64,000 bases of DNA from Glycera tridactyla (taxonomy: Eukaryota). Positions 61,801 to 64,000 of the stretch are shown here, piece after piece (position 1 is the stretch's first letter; the number at the start of each line of letters is the position of its first letter). Under the pieces are notes generated by a model. It saw only the letters and a list, made by a program, of their open reading frames with translations. It ran no database searches and was not told the DNA's origin. A program made the position numbers and the translations under genes. The stretch covers positions 62,186,001 through 62,250,000 of the forward strand of contig OZ286461.1 in the NCBI GenBank assembly GCA_965644265.1, given 5' to 3'.

Positions 61801-62143
61801 AAATTTGAGATCTCATTACTTAATAGGCAGCAAAATTCATCTCAAAAGCCATGGAGTTTTAGTGTGAATTTTACTTCATCCTTGACTTTTAACCTTTGTG
61901 CGGCTATAGAGGAACTTCGGGATCGGGTAGTGCCTAAACCAAGGCCCGATTCCCTTTCGGAAGAGGAGTTACTAGTGGCAACGAAGGACGATCGTCATGG
62001 CACGATCATTTCACCGACAAGCGAGGACGAAAAGCGAGTCATGAAACAAAAACAAGAGGCATATTTACTCTTGGCATCAGCCTTGGGTGATGAGCCAAGC
62101 GATGATGTGGTGATTGTACGGCCGCCGTCCCCAGAAGAACGAG
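430..62143 (+). CDS. Ank: Canonical ankyrin gene (ANK repeats-ZU5-ZU5-UPA-death domain-tail), partial at both ends; core join 430-627,1506-1703,2193-2390,2883-2981,3697-3865,16490-16572,17512-18159,21654-21823,29858-30082,30756-30916,34184-34395,34713-34920,45507-45603,46534-46762,47438-47768,48534-48740,49474-49605,50504-50604,59130-59202,61910-62143
   Basis: All exons are flanked by AG/GT and intron phases are mutually consistent. The translation contains hallmark ankyrin motifs ([67 protein letters not shown]) in the order known for ankyrins. Confidence 0.97.
650..808. mobile_element. MITE family A (Tc1/mariner pogo/Tigger-like), copy 1
   Basis: ta|CAGTGAAACCTGTGATGAGAGACC ... GGTCTCTCATCAAGGGTTCTCCTG: imperfect ~24-bp terminal inverted repeats. 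Confidence 0.7.
855..1072. mobile_element. MITE family B (CAGGGCTC-TIR, hAT-like), degenerate copy
   Basis: CAAGGCTCTATGTTGCTACCTGTGGG start shared with the 2635 copy; right end AATGCAGAGTCCTG. Confidence 0.55.
1506..1703 (+). CDS. Ank: Ankyrin exon, two ANK repeats (about 19-20)
   Basis: tttcag|AAT...AAG|gtgggt; 198 nt, phase 0-0; [66 protein letters not shown]. Confidence 0.97.
1710..1741 (+). repeat. (TGAT)n tetranucleotide repeat 6 nt after a donor site; similar tract at ~63636-63678
   Basis: Direct reading. Confidence 0.85.
2193..2390 (+). CDS. Ank: Ankyrin exon, two ANK repeats (about 21-22)
   Basis: ttgacag|AAT...AAG|gtgagt; 198 nt, phase 0-0; [66 protein letters not shown]. Confidence 0.97.
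2635..2830. mobile_element. MITE family B, copy with perfect TIRs
   Basis: CAGGGCTCTATGTT (2635-2648) and AACATAGAGCCCTG (2817-2830) are perfect 14-bp inverted repeats; no clean 8-bp TSD (ttgttttg vs ttatttga). Confidence 0.75.
2883..2981 (+). CDS. Ank: Ankyrin exon, one ANK repeat (about 23)
   Basis: tttgcag|CTT...ACA|gtaagt; 99 nt, phase 0-0; [33 protein letters not shown]. Confidence 0.97.
2999..3175. mobile_element. MITE family A-related element
   Basis: ta|CAGTCGAACCTGCTCTAAAGTCCAC ... GTGGCCTTTATAAGACAGGCGCAACTG|ta: imperfect TIRs, TA on both sides. Confidence 0.72.
3697..3865 (+). CDS. Ank: Ankyrin exon, last ANK repeat plus start of linker
   Basis: tttgcag|ACC...GGC G|gtaagt; 169 nt, phase 0-1; [56 protein letters not shown]. 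Confidence 0.96.
7940..8092. mobile_element. MITE family A copy
   Basis: ta|CAGTTGAACCTGCAATGAGAGACC ... GTCTCTCGTCGCAGGTTTCACTG. Confidence 0.72.
9080..9184 (+). CDS. Ank: Predicted 105-nt cassette exon in the ANK-ZU5 linker
   Basis: atttttctaccag|CT...CCG G|gtaaac; phase 1-1, stop-free; (A)[34 protein letters not shown]; GC/CpG-richer than flanks. Confidence 0.7.
10265..10530. mobile_element. Possible decayed CAGGGCTC-TIR MITE with internal ~55-65-bp repeats
   Basis: Starts CAGGGCTC, ends TATAGAGTCTTG; GGGCAGGTGA repeated at 10320, 10385, 10441; TAGGT on both flanks. Confidence 0.4.
12147..12212 (+). repeat. (GGCGTC)11 CpG-rich microsatellite
   Basis: Direct reading; one unit is AGCGTC. 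Confidence 0.95.
12240..12620 (+). repeat. Two ~194-bp tandem units at the 5' side of the HINE
   Basis: gtcatgttgaagtc...ctcagcaactagag...gaatccagccatcatcaagg...gaagtgatgggac repeated at ~12240 and ~12434. Confidence 0.85.
12780..15700 (+). repeat. ~20-copy tandem array of a ~147-148-bp satellite unit
   Basis: The anchor (gg)tctc recurs at 12870,13017,13164,13311,13459,13606,13755,13903,14051,14198,14345,14496,14644,14792,14943,15050,15202,15349, with degenerate copies at ~15502 and ~15651. Confidence 0.97.
16219..16304 (+). repeat. (GT)n(GCGT)n compound microsatellite
   Basis: Direct reading. Confidence 0.95.
16490..16572 (+). CDS. Ank: Ankyrin linker exon (GEDT...LGDDS motif)
   Basis: Long pyrimidine tract ...tttctccag|GT...CGG|gtacgt; 83 nt, phase 1-0; (G)[27 protein letters not shown] resembles the vertebrate ankyrin linker (EDLKELGDDSLP). 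Confidence 0.92.
17512..18159 (+). CDS. Ank: 648-nt linker exon encoding an Arg/Asp/Ser-rich low-complexity tract
   Basis: tatctag|GAC...AAG|gtaaac; phase 0-0; lies within the 229-aa ORF 17521-18210; joins the phase-0 exons on either side. Confidence 0.85.
20378..20399 (+). repeat. Poly-G run (another at 58603-58624; G-rich tract at ~28399-28428)
   Basis: Direct reading. Confidence 0.9.
21320..21555 (+). repeat. Diverged ~67-bp direct repeat pair, 168 bp apart
   Basis: gcattgtata...ttggaagg...ctttgccaaaactact at 21320 and 21488. Confidence 0.8.
21654..21823 (+). CDS. Ank: Linker exon immediately before ZU5A
   Basis: catttcag|GAG...TCT GG|gtaggt; 170 nt, phase 0-2; [57 protein letters not shown]. 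Confidence 0.9.
25214..25231 (+). CDS. Ank: Predicted 18-nt microexon inserting KLQWKS before ZU5A
   Basis: tttctttcctgcctccctggtgtacag|C AAA CTA CAG TGG AAG AG|gtaacc; phase 2-2 matches the host intron 21824-29857. Confidence 0.78.
29858..30082 (+). CDS. Ank: ZU5A exon 1 (spectrin-binding DARGG motif)
   Basis: tttgtag|T TTC...CTC GG|gtaagt; 225 nt, phase 2-2; [74 protein letters not shown]. Confidence 0.97.
30756..30916 (+). CDS. Ank: ZU5A exon 2 (alternative donor possible after 30910)
   Basis: cattgcag|C CCC...GAA G|gtgatt; phase 2-1; [53 protein letters not shown]. Confidence 0.94.
31272..31449. mobile_element. MITE family A copy (a more decayed copy lies just upstream, ~31084-31250)
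   Basis: ta|CA(aaaac)GTGAAACCTGCGACGAGAGACC ... GGTCTCTGGTCGCAGGTGTCACTG|ta. Confidence 0.72.
34184..34395 (+). CDS. Ank: ZU5A/ZU5B exon
   Basis: ttcctccag|AA...CAG|gtatgt; 212 nt, phase 1-0; [70 protein letters not shown]. Confidence 0.97.
34713..34920 (+). CDS. Ank: ZU5B exon
   Basis: ttttatcag|GCT...ACT G|gtaagc; 208 nt, phase 0-1; [69 protein letters not shown]. Confidence 0.96.
37551..39282 (+). mobile_element. Second HINE-like element (possibly composite or nested)
   Basis: 5' TTTTATGTCTCCCCC with hairpin partner GGGGGAGACAT (37572-37582); (GTCC/GTCT)n 37597-37675; internal tandem units; 3' subterminal IR GGGGGAGACATA (39238-39249) followed by stem-loop AGTGAGG-AGGTG-CCTCACT (39253-39271). 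Confidence 0.75.
38037..38302 (+). repeat. Two long (GT)n tracts (38037-38115, 38248-38302)
   Basis: Direct reading. Confidence 0.95.
39877..39912 (+). CDS. Ank: Predicted 36-nt microexon within the ZU5B intron
   Basis: gatttcatgcctggtccag|CG GAA AAC AGT GGC AAT GGG TCG CAG CAG ACA TCA G|gtatgg; phase 1-1; (A)[11 protein letters not shown]. Confidence 0.5.
40832..40871 (+). repeat. (AT)20 microsatellite
   Basis: Direct reading. Confidence 0.95.
43755..43820 (+). CDS. Ank: Predicted 66-nt cassette exon within the ZU5B intron
   Basis: ccccttgtttctag|GT...CAA G|gtagac; phase 1-1, stop-free; (G)[21 protein letters not shown]. Confidence 0.68.
45507..45603 (+). CDS. Ank: ZU5B C-terminal exon
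   Basis: ttctcgctttgtag|GT...GCA AG|gtgggt; 97 nt, phase 1-2; (G)[31 protein letters not shown](R). Confidence 0.97.
46534..46762 (+). CDS. Ank: UPA domain exon 1
   Basis: ctctttcag|A TTT TGG...GAG|gtaagt; 229 nt, phase 2-0; [38 protein letters not shown]...IARSRDVE. Confidence 0.97.
47438..47768 (+). CDS. Ank: UPA domain exon 2
   Basis: gatacag|GTA...GGA G|gtgagt; 331 nt, phase 0-1; [39 protein letters not shown]...ICNLNIKLP...VRGQG. Confidence 0.96.
48534..48740 (+). CDS. Ank: Death domain exon 1
   Basis: attttgcag|GT...ACA G|gtatgt; 207 nt, phase 1-1; [68 protein letters not shown]. Confidence 0.95.
49474..49605 (+). CDS. Ank: Death domain exon 2
   Basis: cattttcag|GT...TCT G|gtgagt; 132 nt, phase 1-1; (G)[43 protein letters not shown]. 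Confidence 0.95.
50504..50604 (+). CDS. Ank: Post-death-domain exon (absent from the ORF track, under 60 aa)
   Basis: ttcatttcag|AA...AAG|gtgagt; 101 nt, phase 1-0; (E)[33 protein letters not shown]. Confidence 0.9.
52345..52365 (+). CDS. Ank: Predicted 21-nt microexon (AYEDIIE) in the C-terminal tail
   Basis: ccctttgtttttgcatcccgtgttgtcactctag|GCA TAT GAA GAT ATA ATA GAG|gtgaga; phase 0-0. Confidence 0.7.
59130..59202 (+). CDS. Ank: C-terminal tail exon
   Basis: ttttctcgtttgaatgtag|GAG...ATC G|gtaagt; 73 nt, phase 0-1; [24 protein letters not shown]. Confidence 0.85.
61910..62143 (+). CDS. Ank: C-terminal tail exon
   Basis: ggctatag|AG...CGA G|gtagca; 234 nt, phase 1-1; (E)[77 protein letters not shown]; donor only moderate. 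Confidence 0.78.
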
Positions 62144-64000
62144 GTAGCAGACCCAGACATTGTTGTGCTTTCAGTCTAGCACTGTTGTAGTTCCATCGTT
62201 GCTCAGCTTGCATGGGTGTTGTCACTTGTCATCGAGATGTTCTTCTTGATATATTTTCACTTTTTTTTCAACTTTCTTCACAGGTGTTTTCATCACACTA
62301 ATCACAGTGGTTCTTTGGGATGTCTACTTCTGTTTCAGTGATCTTTGCACATTTTTCAGCATGGTGTATACTCTATATATACCAGGCTTTTGTTGAGTTC
62401 ACTTCACTTTTTCTGATATTTTTTCTTTTTTCTTTTGCTGTAGAAGATTTTTCAAAACCCTCCTGACATGGTAGTCCCGTTAAAAAAGATCTCCTTCATG
62501 ATCTCTATACAATTTTGGCTGTATCATGATAGAATTTTACATCATGCCATTATAACTTTCTGGCGGTTTTAGTTCATGAGATCTGTCTTACATCAGTGAG
62601 GGACTGTGAGTGAAACTGGATTGTCTTAGCTTAATTTGGAATTTTTGAAAAAAAAAAGAAACAGTTTTATAACATTTTGTAGCATCTAATCTCACTCAGT
62701 GTATTGAACCACATGATTTTCTTACTCAGTCAGTTTCATTTGTGAGAATTTGTCACTTTTGACACGTCATTACCAAAAAAGCAGGTCACCTCATTGTGGC
62801 ATAATTGTTACTTTTTTTCGGACTGGATTGCAGATAGTACCACCATAAATTTTGAGAATATACATCATCACTATCATAACATTTAATTGATGGCGTCCTC
62901 ATGATTCGAACTTATAAAGACAATTTGCTAGTCATGAAAATCAGAATAAATGGTTATTTGATCCCAAATACTAAGATGAAAATCATGTGGCTGGGAGTTC
63001 AAGTTGAAGACAAAGAAAGTTGAAAGTTGATTCATTTTGTGTGTGTATCTGTTAGGTGTGTGTGTTTAGTTTACATAGTGTGGGTATAACCTATGTGTTG
63101 TGTGAGTTGTAGTCTGGTATGCACCTATTGGCAATGATTGGAAACAGTGTGCTGATCGTTATGAGTTGGAAGAGGATGGATAGAAACTAAATTTAGCGAT
63201 GTGAAACCTGCCATGGGAGACTGCCCGAAATGTGACTCACCAACCACTGGTCTCTTGCTAATTATATCAGGGGTGGACTCTCACCGGTGTCATTGTCAAG
63301 TCTGTCAGGAAGAACTGCCTCTCATTGGACGCATTTCAGAAAGCAGTCTCCTATTGGAGGTCAATAGGTTGATTGGATTTATTAGTATTGTGAGATATTA
63401 TTCACCACAATATCTGATGACAACTATGAACAGCTCTGTGTGAGCCAAATTCATTGTGATGAACAGAGCCTTCTGGATAAGCCTTTTTAAGAACTGACGC
63501 AACCCTCCAGTCTTATATAACCCTTTCTGGGTTGAAGAGAAGTTAATCATTATTCAGTCAGCCAATATCACAATGCAATTATTTGAATCCTGCCTATTCA
63601 GATAACTCCAACGAGAATGATTCTCTGATTGTTTGACTGATTGATTGAGTGATCGAATGATTGATTGATTGATTGATTTGTGTTGTTGCACCATATCATG
63701 TACCAGTTGGCCTTACCTTGAGCACGAGTTTATCGCTTCCATCTTGTCATGCTGCATGCTCCGTGTTCGATCTCCCTACCTTCACCTGCATGTCTTTGTT
63801 TGCACGCTCATGTTCTTGTGGTGGTTCATCAAATTCCTTGTAGAAAACTTGTAAGTTATTATTAGTTCTGTTTAAAATTATGAGAAATGTATGGTGGGAA
63901 GATTTTTTGAATGCTGAAGTCAAGAAGATTGACTTTTCTTCATCATTGTCCTGTTTAGAAGTCTTTTCCCATATGCTAATATTGGAATTATGGCTGTCTT

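Noticed and set aside
63706-63850. gtaagt donor at 63851 with nearby TGCATG motifs
   Set aside because: Candidate acceptors give either a 7-nt frameshifting exon or an in-frame stop.

Overview
Eukaryotic (animal, probably invertebrate bilaterian; taxon not determinable from sequence alone) AT-rich genomic DNA occupied entirely by the central and 3' part of one + strand, intron-rich canonical ankyrin gene (ANK1/2/3-, Drosophila Ank2-, unc-44-type). I traced 20 core GT-AG exons with consistent intron phases from 430 to 62143: the last eight ANK repeats (99-bp-multiple phase-0 exons), the ANK-ZU5 linker, ZU5A, ZU5B, UPA, death domain and part of the C-terminal tail. The gene starts before and probably ends after the window. 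Several frame-preserving cassette exons or microexons not shown as such by the ORF track are predicted at domain boundaries (105, 18, 36, 66 and 21 nt). A symmetric 648-nt exon encodes an Arg/Asp/Ser mixed-charge tract unusual for an ankyrin. Introns carry two non-autonomous Helentron-like (HINE) elements, one holding about 20 copies of a ~147-bp satellite with incipient higher-order structure, two MITE families and microsatellites. There is no giant ankyrin exon, RNA gene or CRISPR array in the window. All exon calls are manual predictions without expression data.
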